A DNA stretch of 61,433 nt, filler included, from an uncultured bacterium (GCA_964449065.1; 5 parts of 5 records of this genome joined end to end with filler, not necessarily neighbours in it); one strand, 5' to 3'. Counted from the whole stretch's first letter, positions 37,211 to 48,162 are shown. Notes: a model not told the origin generated them from the sequence alone. Program-made: numbers and translations.

Positions 37211-39028
37211 TCACACCGGAATAGATTCTACTTCATTTTGCGCGTCTTTATATTGCAATTGATACAACCGTTGGTAAACGCCTTCTTGTGCAATCAGTTC
37301 TTGGTGGCTGCCCTGCTCAACAATCTCACCGCGGTGCAGCACCAAAATCGAATCCGCCTTTTGGATGGTGGATAAGCGGTGTGCCACGATGATGCTGGTT
37401 CGTCCTTCCAGCAGCGTATCGAGAGCCTGTTGAATCAGCAATTCCGTTTCCGAATCCACACTCGAAGTCGCTTCATCCAAAATTAAAAGTTTCGGATCAA
37501 TCACCAATGCGCGGGCAAACGAAAGCAATTGCCGCTGCCCCACCGAAAGAGTCGACCCGCGTTCTTTTACTTCCGCGTCATATCCGCCTGGCAAGCGTTC
37601 GATAAACGAATGCGCCTGCACGGTTTTGGCTGCCTCAATGATATGCTCCCGCGTTACTTCAGGGTGATTCAGGCGGATATTGTCAGCAATATTGCCGGAG
37701 AATAAAAAGACATCCTGCAAGACCAGCCCAATGCTGGAACGCAGGTCTTTCAAGCAAACGTCTTTTACATTGATACCATCAACCAGAATTTCTCCCTTTT
37801 GTACGTCATAAAAACGGAACAGCAAGTTGATGATGGTGCTTTTTCCCGAGCCGGTCGCCCCCACGATGGCAATTTTTTGTCCTTGTTTTACGGTAAACGA
37901 TACATCCTTCAGTACCCAGTCTTCATCGTTATACGCAAACCATACATGGCGGAACTCAACGGTCCCTTTCATTGCAAGCGGTACCGGCTTTTCGGGTTCC
38001 GGCAAGGCTTCATCCGTATCCAGAAGTTTAAAAACACGTTCCGCGGCCGTCATCGCGGTTTGCATGATATTGAATTTATCGGCCAACTCACGGATGGGAC
38101 GAAAAAACCGCTGCGTCGCTAACAAGAACGCGGTGACAACCCCAAACGAAATTTCGCTGGGCTGCGAAAGCATCCACATGCCGCTATACCATAACAACAA
38201 AACAACGGCCAGCATACTCAGGATTTCGACCACCGGCAAATAAATAGAAAAACTGGCCACACTGCGCATATTGGCTTTGTAAAATTTTTGATTCAGGTCT
38301 TGAAATTGCTGAAAATTTTTTGTTTCCCGGTTAAAAATCTGTACCGTTTCCATGCCGGTAATGTTTTCCTGCAAAAAGCCGTTCATGCGGGATAGATAAC
38401 GGCGCACATCCCGGAAGGAAGCCCGGATCGCCCATTGAAATAGCAAACTCGCAAGGAGCATGAGCGGAATCACAGCCAACGCCACCAGAGTTAAAAACGG
38501 GCTGAGATACAACATCACACCCAGCAAACCGAAAATGATCAGCAGATCATTAAACGTAAAGACCACACAATTGGCAAACATCTGATCCAACGCTTCCACA
38601 TCGCTGGTCAATCGCGTCATGATGCTGCCGACCGGCCGTTTGTTAAAAAACGAAAGCGGTTGCCGCTGCACATGTGAAAATAAATCCTTGCGCAAATCAT
38701 ACATCACGTACTGGCTCATGGCATTCACAATATAAAACTGAATGTATTCCAAAAGCCATGCAATCGAAATCAGGCCAAAGGCAATCAAGATAATCATGGA
38801 TAGGCCGGATTTCGAATCCGCCAGAATGTATTCATCCACTACGATTTTCGGGAGATACACCGTGGTGTACAAATCAATCGTTGTAAAAACAACCAACAAC
38901 AAGAAGGAATAAATCACTTGCGATTTGTATGGCAAAATATAATGAAACAAACGCCTCAGCAAACGCGTGTCATACGCTTTTCCCGAGATATCGTCATCCA
39001 TGTGTTTTTTTGATTTTGCATCAGACAT
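37211..39028 (-). CDS. ABC exporter, fused permease/ATPase (MdlB-like)
   Basis: TM domain, GATGSGKS, LSVGQRQ, LILDEATS and AHRLST. Confidence 0.96.
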   Translation of the reverse strand: MSDAKSKKHMDDDISGKAYDTRLLRRLFHYILPYKSQVIYSFLLLVVFTTIDLYTTVYLPKIVVDEYILADSKSGLSMIILIAFGLISIAWLLEYIQFYIVNAMSQYVMYDLRKDLFSHVQRQPLSFFNKRPVGSIMTRLTSDVEALDQMFANCVVFTFNDLLIIFGLLGVMLYLSPFLTLVALAVIPLMLLASLLFQWAIRASFRDVRRYLSRMNGFLQENITGMETVQIFNRETKNFQQFQDLNQKFYKANMRSVASFSIYLPVVEILSMLAVVLLLWYSGMWMLSQPSEISFGVVTAFLLATQRFFRPIRELADKFNIMQTAMTAAERVFKLLDTDEALPEPEKPVPLAMKGTVEFRHVWFAYNDEDWVLKDVSFTVKQGQKIAIVGATGSGKSTIINLLFRFYDVQKGEILVDGINVKDVCLKDLRSSIGLVLQDVFLFSGNIADNIRLNHPEVTREHIIEAAKTVQAHSFIERLPGGYDAEVKERGSTLSVGQRQLLSFARALVIDPKLLILDEATSSVDSETELLIQQALDTLLEGRTSIIVAHRLSTIQKADSILVLHRGEIVEQGSHQELIAQEGVYQRLYQLQYKDAQNEVESIPV

Positions 39029-39299
39029 TAGAAAAGACTACAACCAATCTAACTTTGCTTAGAGTTTATACCCGTTGTCAATAGTATGTTCACTTTGGGA
39101 GGGTGAGGCTCCCACCGAACCGGAAGTACCGTACGATTGTATCAGAACCTAGTTTTGGCAATCACTATATCTAAAATATAGTAGCACGGAATGACAGAAA
39201 ACAAATTTTAACGGAAGCCGAACCGCAATTTTGAAAGGTCAATCTGCCGATTTTTGCCGGGACACATGGCCTCGTGCCCCCTATCTAAATCATAAGCGG

Positions 39300-40418
39300 T
39301 TAGGGATTCGATGTATGAGACCCCGCCCGCCATGCCACCTTTACTAACCAAGCCAGCACAATCAAACCGATGACAAAGGTAACCAAAAATAGGAATAAAC
39401 TGGAATAAAACGGATTGACCGTCAGTTCGGAAACCGTGAAATGTTCATCCAATGAAATGGTCCGCAACAAATATCTGCCCATACTCATGCCAAACAATGT
39501 GATTGCCAACAAGGCACCGGAACCCCAAAGGAATTTCGGGTTATCCGGTTTTGCATAGGCCAGTACAAGAAGCAGCAATGCCCCGATGCCAGTCAGCACG
39601 GAAACTGTCCAGCCATAAAACAATACGCCGCCTTGTATGAATTCTTTGATCCGGTCCAATCCCAGCGAAAGCAGGAAGTAGAATCCGACCACGATTTCAA
39701 TGCCGGTTACCACCGCGGCCCAAAGCAAACCTTGTTTGTACATAAACATGCCCGTCTCTTCTTTTTCCGGATGGTACGTCCGCTGCACCAGTCCCAGAGC
39801 GGCAATCCAAAATCCGCCAATCGCCGTAGCGCCAACCACATTATGCAAATAACGGGGAAGCAGAGTAGCGTCCGGGGCCAGCCAAGACGATTGGCCGGTG
39901 TAAATCGCTTCCCAATAGTGCGGATTCTCGGTCAAGACCGCATTGTTGGTAAACAAGAGCGCCACGGTGAGAAAAATCAGCCAAGCCACCGCGGACAGGA
40001 GTTTGACGGTCAACGCGGCTTCGTTATTCTTAGACCGAACCATAATCATTACATAAATCAAATAAAACCCAATCGTCACCAAAATGAATATAGAGAACCA
40101 ATAAAATCCCATCATAATATTGGAGGTATAAAAAAATTGTCCGTACAGCACCTGAACAAACAATAACGGAGCAACCCCCATCGTAATCGCGAACGACAAG
40201 ACCACCGGCATCACTTTCAAGACAATCCGGTTGGCCTCCAACGCGTACGATTTGGTACTGTTGATCCATTCATTCACCATCACAATCAACATGCCGCCCA
40301 AAATAAAGTTCATAAACACGATGTGCAGAAAGAACGTTAAAATGTAGAGGCTTTCAAACACCCAGGCGGGTGCCGGGATGCCCAGGGGATCGGCTGGAGG
40401 AATAGGGGTATTGTTCAT
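39300..40418 (-). CDS. Polytopic membrane partner of the CydA-like protein
   Basis: About nine TMs with His residues (FFLHIVFMN, PRYLH); co-oriented 17 nt downstream of the CydA-like gene. Confidence 0.65.
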   Translation of the reverse strand: MNNTPIPPADPLGIPAPAWVFESLYILTFFLHIVFMNFILGGMLIVMVNEWINSTKSYALEANRIVLKVMPVVLSFAITMGVAPLLFVQVLYGQFFYTSNIMMGFYWFSIFILVTIGFYLIYVMIMVRSKNNEAALTVKLLSAVAWLIFLTVALLFTNNAVLTENPHYWEAIYTGQSSWLAPDATLLPRYLHNVVGATAIGGFWIAALGLVQRTYHPEKEETGMFMYKQGLLWAAVVTGIEIVVGFYFLLSLGLDRIKEFIQGGVLFYGWTVSVLTGIGALLLLVLAYAKPDNPKFLWGSGALLAITLFGMSMGRYLLRTISLDEHFTVSELTVNPFYSSLFLFLVTFVIGLIVLAWLVKVAWRAGSHTSNP

Positions 40419-40435
40419 GGTTCATTCTCCTCGAT

Positions 40436-41749
40436 TCAATTCAACGCGACGGCTTCGGCCGGCTGGCTCAACGTTTGCAAATAATCCGCGAGTTTTTCCA
40501 TCTCTTCTTGTGTACCGATGAAAGGCGGCATAAAGACTTGTTCTTCGTGAAGGGTCTCAAGAGAATGTTCGATCGATTCCCGGTCCCATTTGAAAATCAA
40601 CGGTTTTATTCCGTTCACACCGTCAAGTGTGTGACACCGGCTGCACTGCATTTTGTATAACACTTCACCTTTTTTCTCTTCCGGCAACGAGCCGCTGGAT
40701 TTCGTGACCGCCAATTTGGCCCACGGTGCCCAATCTAAACTGCCTGTTTCATTCAGTTCATCAACCTCGCTCACCAAAATCGCATTGGAATACATATAGT
40801 CATAAATCACATAGGGTTTGCGAACCCCTTCACGAACAAATTCCATCGATGCCGTGGAAATAAAGGCGATCAATCCCAACAACACCGCCGTTTCCATATT
40901 GATGTAGCGCCGCTTGAGGATGAGGCCGATGTAGGCATAAAATCCAATCAGGGTAGACATCGCCAAACCAAACATAAACATGAGAGTCATCGCAATCGCA
41001 CCGCCTTGAACCATCAATTGCGACTCTTCCGGGATCTTGCTGATATACCAAATAGAAACAGGAATCATTAACACAAGTGGAATCAACCAGCGTCCGCCTT
41101 CGATAATAATTTCATGACGTTCTTCGCGGGTATAACCGACGGCAAAGTTGGCCGCAATCGCCACAAAAATCGCGGCAAGGGACAAACAACTGATCGTCCG
41201 CAGCGCCAAAGAAGGCCAATAGGTCGGATTGAAGAAGGCGTGCCAAAAATCACCCGATTCCAGCCAGCCTCCAGGCGTCAACATAAAGGTAAGAATGCCG
41301 TTGATAATGACCAAACTCATAAACGCGGCAATGGCATACACCCAAGCAACCGCCATGTGTGTTTTGGGATTCATGCGGTCCCAACCGTAGTAATAAATAT
41401 AACCGGCGGCAATTTCCACAAAAAAGAACACCCATTCCGTCGCCCATCCCCACACAAATAAATGGATCAAGGTGGATGTCGCTTCCGGACTGGCGAGAGA
41501 GATGGAGAACCAAATACCCACACCGGTCAACGCGCCAAACACAAACGAAACCAAAATCAAATACTTGCTAAAATCCTTTAAAAAGCGGCGCAATACCGGT
41601 TTGTTGTTCTTGTAAGAGCGATACTCTGTAACGGCCACAAACAACCCGGCGCCAACCGCGAAGTGGGCAACCACAACATGAACCGTCGCCACAATCGCGA
41701 TCACCATACCGCTGCCAATAACGGGAACTTCCCAAAGAGGATATTGCAT
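40436..41749 (-). CDS. Cytochrome bd oxidase subunit I-like protein fused to a monoheme cytochrome c
   Basis: HVVVAHFAVG, GALTGVGIW, WATEWVFF, FFNPT and EFVREGVRKPY, plus C-terminal CSRCH and MPPF; GGAG RBS. Confidence 0.85.
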   Translation of the reverse strand: MQYPLWEVPVIGSGMVIAIVATVHVVVAHFAVGAGLFVAVTEYRSYKNNKPVLRRFLKDFSKYLILVSFVFGALTGVGIWFSISLASPEATSTLIHLFVWGWATEWVFFFVEIAAGYIYYYGWDRMNPKTHMAVAWVYAIAAFMSLVIINGILTFMLTPGGWLESGDFWHAFFNPTYWPSLALRTISCLSLAAIFVAIAANFAVGYTREERHEIIIEGGRWLIPLVLMIPVSIWYISKIPEESQLMVQGGAIAMTLMFMFGLAMSTLIGFYAYIGLILKRRYINMETAVLLGLIAFISTASMEFVREGVRKPYVIYDYMYSNAILVSEVDELNETGSLDWAPWAKLAVTKSSGSLPEEKKGEVLYKMQCSRCHTLDGVNGIKPLIFKWDRESIEHSLETLHEEQVFMPPFIGTQEEMEKLADYLQTLSQPAEAVALN

Positions 41750-41847
41750 CTTGGTACTCCTTCTTTGATTGCTGTTATTGAATGGCATTTTACTTGGGAT
41801 ATCAAAAACAGGAACGCGGATATCAAGATAAAATGGTAAATATTATG

Positions 41848-42618
41848 TTACTGTTTGCGGCAAACAAAGTGAATCCGCTCGCATTTGGGGGTGGCGGGCA
41901 TCTCCGACATATTGCGCAGAACCGCCAATACTTCAAAGCCGATATCGCGCAGACGGTCAATCAACCAAGGCCGGGGATAGACCTTTTGGATGTGCTCTTC
42001 CACAAATTTTTGGTAATGGCCGTTGATATGTTGAAAGATTGTGACTTTTGATACGCATTTCTTGCTTTCGATGCTGTATTGGTTTTCCCAAATATAAGAC
42101 GCGTCGTCAAAATTCTCGGAAAAGGTAAACCCGGAAAAGTTTTTGATGAGATTGTATTCGGTGGTGACATCAAAAATAAACAAACCGCCCGGCCGGACAT
42201 GCGAAAACGCGTCTTCAAAACACCGTGCAACCAAGTCATCCTCCACTATGTAATTTAAACTATCGTACAGGCAAATCACTAAATCAAATTCGCGGCCTAA
42301 CTTCAGTTTCGAAAACGATTCCATCGGGGATTGAAAAAACTGAACATCCAAATGCTGCAATTCCGCTTTTTCGCGCGCCAGTTCCAACATTGGGTATGAA
42401 CGGTCAATCCCCATAACTTGATAGCCCAACTGCGCAAACCGCAAAGCGTGGCCGCCGGTGCCGCAAGCAAGATCAAGCACCGTATTCACCTCAACTTCAT
42501 ACTTTTGCGTGAGATCAATGACATACTGCGTCCACGAATCGTAATCAACATCCCGCATGACTTGATCGTAGATTTCCGCAAAAGCGCTATAGACGTCGGA
42601 TTGGCATTGATGTGTCAT
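41848..42618 (-). CDS. Class I SAM-dependent methyltransferase
   Basis: VLDLACGTG, GIDRS, YDSLNY and RPGGLFIFD. Confidence 0.92.
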   Translation of the reverse strand: MTHQCQSDVYSAFAEIYDQVMRDVDYDSWTQYVIDLTQKYEVEVNTVLDLACGTGGHALRFAQLGYQVMGIDRSYPMLELAREKAELQHLDVQFFQSPMESFSKLKLGREFDLVICLYDSLNYIVEDDLVARCFEDAFSHVRPGGLFIFDVTTEYNLIKNFSGFTFSENFDDASYIWENQYSIESKKCVSKVTIFQHINGHYQKFVEEHIQKVYPRPWLIDRLRDIGFEVLAVLRNMSEMPATPKCERIHFVCRKQ

Positions 42619-44431
42619 AATTGGATATTAAATCTTGATAAAGATCAACAATTTCCCCGGCAAATGATTCGATCGATTTTACCGTAGGGATGCTCGTTTG
42701 CATATCGCTAAGCAAAGACGGATTTTCAATGATCTTGTGTATAACCGTTTGCAGACTGCGCGGATTGCGGTGTTCAAACGTCATTCCCCCGCCCTCGCTT
42801 ATCTGTTCAGCCATCCCCCCTACATCCGCGGTAATCACAGGGACGCGGGAGGCAAACGCTTCATGGATAGTCATCGGCGAGTTTTCCCACCAAATAGACG
42901 GCATGATCAAACAGTCCATCTCCTGCAAAATTTCATACACTTCATCAGGACCATATTTGCCTTTGAATTCTACCGCAGACCCGGCCAGCGATTTCAGCTC
43001 ATCTTCATAATGCTCGAACCCGTCGTATCCCGGAAAAAATCCATAAACGATCAACCGCGCTTTGCCAGGTTGAACATCTTGAAACGCTTTTAAGGCAAGA
43101 TCAACACCCTTCGACGGAATCCAGGTTCCAATATACCCAAACCGCAGAGGAAATTTGACTTCGTTTTTCATTTCGACATCGGGCAATAGAAAACCGTTAT
43201 CGGAAAATATAATTTTATCGTCCGGCAAACCGTGGCGGATAAAAAACTCCCGTAAAAATTTTGACGGACTGATAAACAAATCCACGTCATCAAACACCCG
43301 CCGCACCCAATTGCGCCGGTGCCGTATTCCCTCATTGGCTTGCGTTGACCATGCCGCAATCGCACCCGCCGCCCGCAATGCCAACGGTTTTACCCTTGCT
43401 CTCCAATTCGGCTTTGGAGGAATACCTTTCGTTGTGTCTTTAAGTAGGATCGCGGGATCAAGCCAACCCGCCGTGCAGTGTTGATTGTCGTGCGGCGTTT
43501 CGGCCTCTGTCTGAAACGCAATTTCACATTCGTTCGCATCATCAACATGTACCGGTATTTCAACGGAATGCCACCCTTTTTGATCTTCATACTTTTTGGG
43601 ATTGATGGATTCGGAGAAAACAGCATTTCCATTGACCGCTATGCGGAACGTGACACCGCCCCCCTCTTTATCGAAGGTAGAGGGATGCATGGCGTATGCC
43701 GTCTTCAAATTGAACGATTGCACGCCAGCAAGTTTATAGGAAAACACGGTCGGCGGGTGCGCTTGAATTGCCGGATACGAAGTTCCATCCCATTCAAATC
43801 GCGTGCGCGCGTAAAAGACGGAATTTAGCGTTTGAATGGAATCGGGGGTTCGTTCCATCAAGCGGATTGTATTGGATTCAGACAGTTGTTTCCGTGCTGA
43901 ACTCCACAATCGCCGCATCGCACGCTGGGTTTTGCCTTTCAGCAATTGCGGCCCTAAACACAAACGGCACGCGGTATGGGATGGGCCGTGGCACAGTGAC
44001 ATATCCGGCTTCAACAGCTGGCCTCGCTGGCACAGCAGCCAATAATCATGCAGGGTCATCACAGCCGGACAGCCGTAATCTTTCACTTCTTTAACCAGCG
44101 AAAGGGATAAATTTGTAAGGTGATGAAAATGGACGATATCCGGCTGGAAGGTTCTGAGAAGATACCCAAATTTAGCCGCCAATGCCGGGTACAAATAAAT
44201 GTCTTGAAATTTTTCAACATAGCGGTAGGTGTGATTGATCTTGCTGTAAGAAATTCCTTCCACTTCCCCTTTACGAATCATCAATTCTTCATCATCGGGA
44301 TTGCTGTAGCGAAAAAAAACACGCGCCGCATGACCGCGGGATTGCAGCTGTTTCGCCAGGTTCAACACACAAAGTTCCGAACCGGCGTAACTATGGGGAG
44401 GAAAAGTATGATTGACAAATAAAACTCTCAT
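42587..44431 (-). CDS. Glycosyltransferase family 4 with an internal beta-sandwich-like insertion
   Basis: MRVLFVNH, PDIVHFHH, TLHDYWLLC and PSIWWENSPMTIHEA. Confidence 0.88.
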   Translation of the reverse strand: MRVLFVNHTFPPHSYAGSELCVLNLAKQLQSRGHAARVFFRYSNPDDEELMIRKGEVEGISYSKINHTYRYVEKFQDIYLYPALAAKFGYLLRTFQPDIVHFHHLTNLSLSLVKEVKDYGCPAVMTLHDYWLLCQRGQLLKPDMSLCHGPSHTACRLCLGPQLLKGKTQRAMRRLWSSARKQLSESNTIRLMERTPDSIQTLNSVFYARTRFEWDGTSYPAIQAHPPTVFSYKLAGVQSFNLKTAYAMHPSTFDKEGGGVTFRIAVNGNAVFSESINPKKYEDQKGWHSVEIPVHVDDANECEIAFQTEAETPHDNQHCTAGWLDPAILLKDTTKGIPPKPNWRARVKPLALRAAGAIAAWSTQANEGIRHRRNWVRRVFDDVDLFISPSKFLREFFIRHGLPDDKIIFSDNGFLLPDVEMKNEVKFPLRFGYIGTWIPSKGVDLALKAFQDVQPGKARLIVYGFFPGYDGFEHYEDELKSLAGSAVEFKGKYGPDEVYEILQEMDCLIMPSIWWENSPMTIHEAFASRVPVITADVGGMAEQISEGGGMTFEHRNPRSLQTVIHKIIENPSLLSDMQTSIPTVKSIESFAGEIVDLYQDLISNYDTSMPIRRL

Positions 44432-44502
44432 GTCACGCAAACAATCTGAACTGGGTTTAGATCCACGAATCATACACGATAAAAAACGCAACCAAGGGGG
44501 AT

Positions 44503-44534
44503 AAGAAAAGAGAGCCGCACGCACAGCTCTCTTT
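44503..44534 (-). terminator. Putative terminator
   Basis: AAAGAGAGC...GCTCTCTTT stem downstream of the minus-strand regulator. Confidence 0.55.
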
Positions 44535-44593
44535 CGGTTTTATTCGTGAAGGATGCGAAATAGGTATACCGTGTGAACCGCTCTATATACCGA

Positions 44594-45988
44594 TTACAGA
44601 ATTTGCCGTTTCTTTTGTGCTTCATAAATCTGCAGTTTGCGGTGCAGAGTTGCCCGGTTCACTTCCAAAATGTGTGCGGCTTTTACTTTGTTACCCCGGC
44701 AGGCATCCATGACACGCATTATGTACTGCCGTTCGATTTCATCCAATGGCGGCAATTCTTCCGGATCCGTGCCCACAAAAATACTGCCTACTTCATCGTG
44801 GAACTGCTTGGGCAAATGCTTGGCTTCTACCAAATTGTCTTCCGCCACCAGCGTCGCGTATTCCAGCGCGTTGCGCAGTTCACGTACATTGCCGGACCAG
44901 TTGTATTCCACCAGCAATTTCAGCGCGTCTTCGGAAATGGAAATCTTTTCCACTCCTTTTGCTTTGGCGGCTTCCTTTAGAATCACTTCGGTCAATACCG
45001 GAATATCCTCCACCCGTCTGCGCAGGGATGGTACATGCAGTGTGAAGCGGTTGAGATAAAAAAACAACTCTTCCGAAAAATCGCCTTTGGCAACCCGCTC
45101 ACTTAACGGGACGGAAGTCCCGGCACAAATTCGTACATCATTCACAAACACTTTGCGCGAATTGACTTTTGTGTAGGTTTTGTCTTCCAAAAAACGCTGC
45201 AATTTTCCCTGCAACGCGGGAGAGATTTCATTCACTTCATCTAAGAATAACGTACCGTCGCTGCAAAGTTCCAATAAAGACTTATCGTCGGAGTCGCCAT
45301 CATCTTTCCCAAAGATCTCCACCATCAAATCTTCATTGGAAAAAGACCTGCAGTTAATGGAATAGAAGGGTCCGTGGCGTCTGGCGCTGTGTTCGTGAAT
45401 GGTTTTTGCCAAAATTTCTTTGCCGGTTCCTACCGCGCCAATAAACAAAATAGGGTCTTCACGGGTGGCGAGAATTTTTGCCACGCGCACAACCTCCTTC
45501 ATTTCCTCCGACCGGGCAACCACCGGTCCAAAGCGTTCGGTATTCTGATCGGTGGACTCATAGCGGCTCAATTGATGTTTCGCCAACCCCGCATCCAACG
45601 CCCGTTCCATCAGCACAGACAGTTCTTCCGTCACAAGCGGTTCCGTGACGAGATAACACTTCAATTGCTGTGCCCAATCCAAACCGAAATCGATTTGACC
45701 TTCATCCGCCACGATAATGCAAGCTTCCGTTCCCACGTTTTCTATACCGGCTTGGTTTTTCTTCACGGCCGCTGCATAGTCTTCACAAAAATCGGCGGCA
45801 ACAAACACAACTTTTGCCGGATTTTGCTTACAGGATTTCATCAAAGACGTGAATTCGTGATCATGTTTCAAATTGCAGCCAAGTTTTTTTACGCTGTCTA
45901 CTAACGACTTGAAGATACCGTTATTGGGGCCGAATACTGCGACTTGGATTCCTTTTACCGCGTTCATTTTAGATTTTTTTGCTTTCAT
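44594..45988 (-). CDS. Atypical sigma54-interaction-domain regulator lacking GAFTGA
   Basis: GAVGTGKE, GTLFLDEV, WSGNVREL and a Fis-type HTH; degenerate receiver-like N-terminus. Confidence 0.88.
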   Translation of the reverse strand: MKAKKSKMNAVKGIQVAVFGPNNGIFKSLVDSVKKLGCNLKHDHEFTSLMKSCKQNPAKVVFVAADFCEDYAAAVKKNQAGIENVGTEACIIVADEGQIDFGLDWAQQLKCYLVTEPLVTEELSVLMERALDAGLAKHQLSRYESTDQNTERFGPVVARSEEMKEVVRVAKILATREDPILFIGAVGTGKEILAKTIHEHSARRHGPFYSINCRSFSNEDLMVEIFGKDDGDSDDKSLLELCSDGTLFLDEVNEISPALQGKLQRFLEDKTYTKVNSRKVFVNDVRICAGTSVPLSERVAKGDFSEELFFYLNRFTLHVPSLRRRVEDIPVLTEVILKEAAKAKGVEKISISEDALKLLVEYNWSGNVRELRNALEYATLVAEDNLVEAKHLPKQFHDEVGSIFVGTDPEELPPLDEIERQYIMRVMDACRGNKVKAAHILEVNRATLHRKLQIYEAQKKRQIL

Positions 45989-46229
45989 AATGATTACCTT
46001 TAACCATAAAAAATATAAAATTTACAATTATTTTCTGTTCATCTTTCTATGGATTATACCGTAGAAAAGTTAAAAATGCTATACTTATCGTTAGAAATAT
46101 AACATATCCGCATAAATTTAAATATATTTTTTATCTTAAAGTAAATTTATGGTTTGTTTGACTTTCTGATTTTTAGATTAACGATTTTTCAGTCTTTTTC
46201 TGAATATCTTCCGATAAAAGAGCAAAACT

Positions 46230-47171
46230 ATGAACCGACTGATAACCGTTGTCATTCCTACATTGAACGGTGGCGCTGAATTTTCTCAACTGCTGGAAAC
46301 ACTAAACCGGCAAACGCTCCGCGATGAGTTGGAACTCATCATCATTGATTCCGGGTCGACTGATTCCACCTTACGAACCGCCTCGCAATACAATACCACA
46401 GTGTATTCTATAAATCAGCAAGATTTTAATCACGGCCGGACTAGAAATTGGGGGGCTTCGTGCGGTTCCGGAACGTTTCTCTGCTTTTTCACGCAAGACG
46501 CAATTCCTCTTCACGATACCTGTATAGAAAAGATGGTTGAGACCTTAACAGCCCATCAAGCCGCCGGCTGTTTCGCCAGACAAATTCCCAGACTCAACGC
46601 GGGCGTACTCGTGAAGCGGGATTTAGGCAATTGGATCAGCGGACAAAACAATTTTCGCAAAATTCATCTAACTTCGATGAATCAGTATTTAACCTTATCA
46701 CCTTATGAGCGTTATACCCATTGTGTCTTTGATAATGTCGCCAGCATGATCCGCCGCGACGTTTGGAAAAAAATCCCCTTTCCCGAAACGCCTTTCGGAG
46801 AAGATGTAGAATGGGCGTTTCGGGCTTTAATCAACGGATATTCTGTCGTATTTGAACCCGGAGCTGTGGTTGAACATTCACACGAACGGTCGGCCTCTTA
46901 TTTATATAAGAGAACCTACGTTGATCATTACCGGTTGTATGAGTTATTTGGTTTACGCACGGTCCCCACCAAAATGCAGGCCTGGAAATCTTTTGCTTAT
47001 ACATGCATGAAGGATTGGTCATATTTATGGCAGCGCGGAAAATTATCAAAGCGTTGGTTTGAGGAAGCGTGTCGAATTCCAATCCATGCCTGGTCCGGCG
47101 TTTGGGGACAATATGAAGGGGCTAAATCTGCCGCCAACGGGTTTTCTATATTTCAATCCAAAGATGTATAG
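46230..47171 (+). CDS. Glycosyltransferase family 2 (rhamnosyltransferase-like)
   Basis: IDSGSTD, FNHGRTRN, FTQDAIP, FGED and VEHSH. Confidence 0.9.
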   Translation: MNRLITVVIPTLNGGAEFSQLLETLNRQTLRDELELIIIDSGSTDSTLRTASQYNTTVYSINQQDFNHGRTRNWGASCGSGTFLCFFTQDAIPLHDTCIEKMVETLTAHQAAGCFARQIPRLNAGVLVKRDLGNWISGQNNFRKIHLTSMNQYLTLSPYERYTHCVFDNVASMIRRDVWKKIPFPETPFGEDVEWAFRALINGYSVVFEPGAVVEHSHERSASYLYKRTYVDHYRLYELFGLRTVPTKMQAWKSFAYTCMKDWSYLWQRGKLSKRWFEEACRIPIHAWSGVWGQYEGAKSAANGFSIFQSKDV

Positions 47172-47328
47172 TTCTAAAGACAGTGAGAAGTGACAAGTAA
47201 AGCAAATTCGTTATGAAATCTACTTCAATTTTCGAAAACCCAGTTGAAACCTTCGCACACTTGAACAGAATATTAGAGAGATAGAATCAGTAAAGAAAAA
47301 TCAAATTAAAGACAACCGCACAAGTCTT

Positions 47329-48162
47329 ATGCCGCACAAGAATGATAAACCAACAAAAATACGTCTCGATCAGATTCTCGTCAATCAAGGGTTTGCTGCT
47401 TCCCGGGATGAAGCCCAGCGAATCATTCGCTCGGGCAATGTAATAGTGAATGATGAGCGCATCGATAAACCCGGTCAAAAAGTCAAAGAAACGGTTTCAT
47501 TACGCGTTACCGGGAACACATGCCCCTATGCAAGCCGCGGCGGTTTTAAACTCGAAAAAGCGCTAAAAAAATTTTCCATAAATGTCATAGGCCAAACGGC
47601 AGCCGATTTCGGCGCCTCCAACGGCGGATTCACCGATTGCCTGCTCAAGAACGGAGCCCAAAAAGTCTATGCCGTCGATGTGGGGCATGGGCAGTTGGAA
47701 TATGGATTGCAGCAAGATTCCCGCGTTGTGGTTATGGATAAAACCAACTGCCGCTATCTAACCGCTGACCATTTGGGAGAACCAGTCGATTTGGTAACCG
47801 CCGATTTATCTTTCATCAGTTTAAAAACAGTCTTTGCGGCGGTTGATGATGTGGTCAAACCAAATGGAAACGCCGTGGTATTGGTTAAACCGCAATTTGA
47901 AATCGGCAAAGATAAAGTCGGCAAAGGCGGTTTGGTGAAAAATCCGGATGATCATTTTGATGTGCTGTGTGATTTGATTTCATTCATTGAAACCCAATCC
48001 TGGAAGGTAAGAGATATAACCTTTTCCCCCATCACAGGCAAAAGCGGGAACATCGAGTTTTTGTTCGACATTGTAAAAGCTCCCGGACAGGAACCGTTTT
48101 CCAAGGAACGCGTCTCTCAAACGGTTGAAGAAGCCCACCGATGCCATACAATCCGTATATAA
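47329..48162 (+). CDS. tlyA: TlyA family rRNA 2'-O-methyltransferase
   Basis: S4 domain RLDQILV, YASRGGFKL, AVDVGHGQL, DLSFISL, VKPQFE and GNIEF. Confidence 0.95.
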   Translation: MPHKNDKPTKIRLDQILVNQGFAASRDEAQRIIRSGNVIVNDERIDKPGQKVKETVSLRVTGNTCPYASRGGFKLEKALKKFSINVIGQTAADFGASNGGFTDCLLKNGAQKVYAVDVGHGQLEYGLQQDSRVVVMDKTNCRYLTADHLGEPVDLVTADLSFISLKTVFAAVDDVVKPNGNAVVLVKPQFEIGKDKVGKGGLVKNPDDHFDVLCDLISFIETQSWKVRDITFSPITGKSGNIEFLFDIVKAPGQEPFSKERVSQTVEEAHRCHTIRI

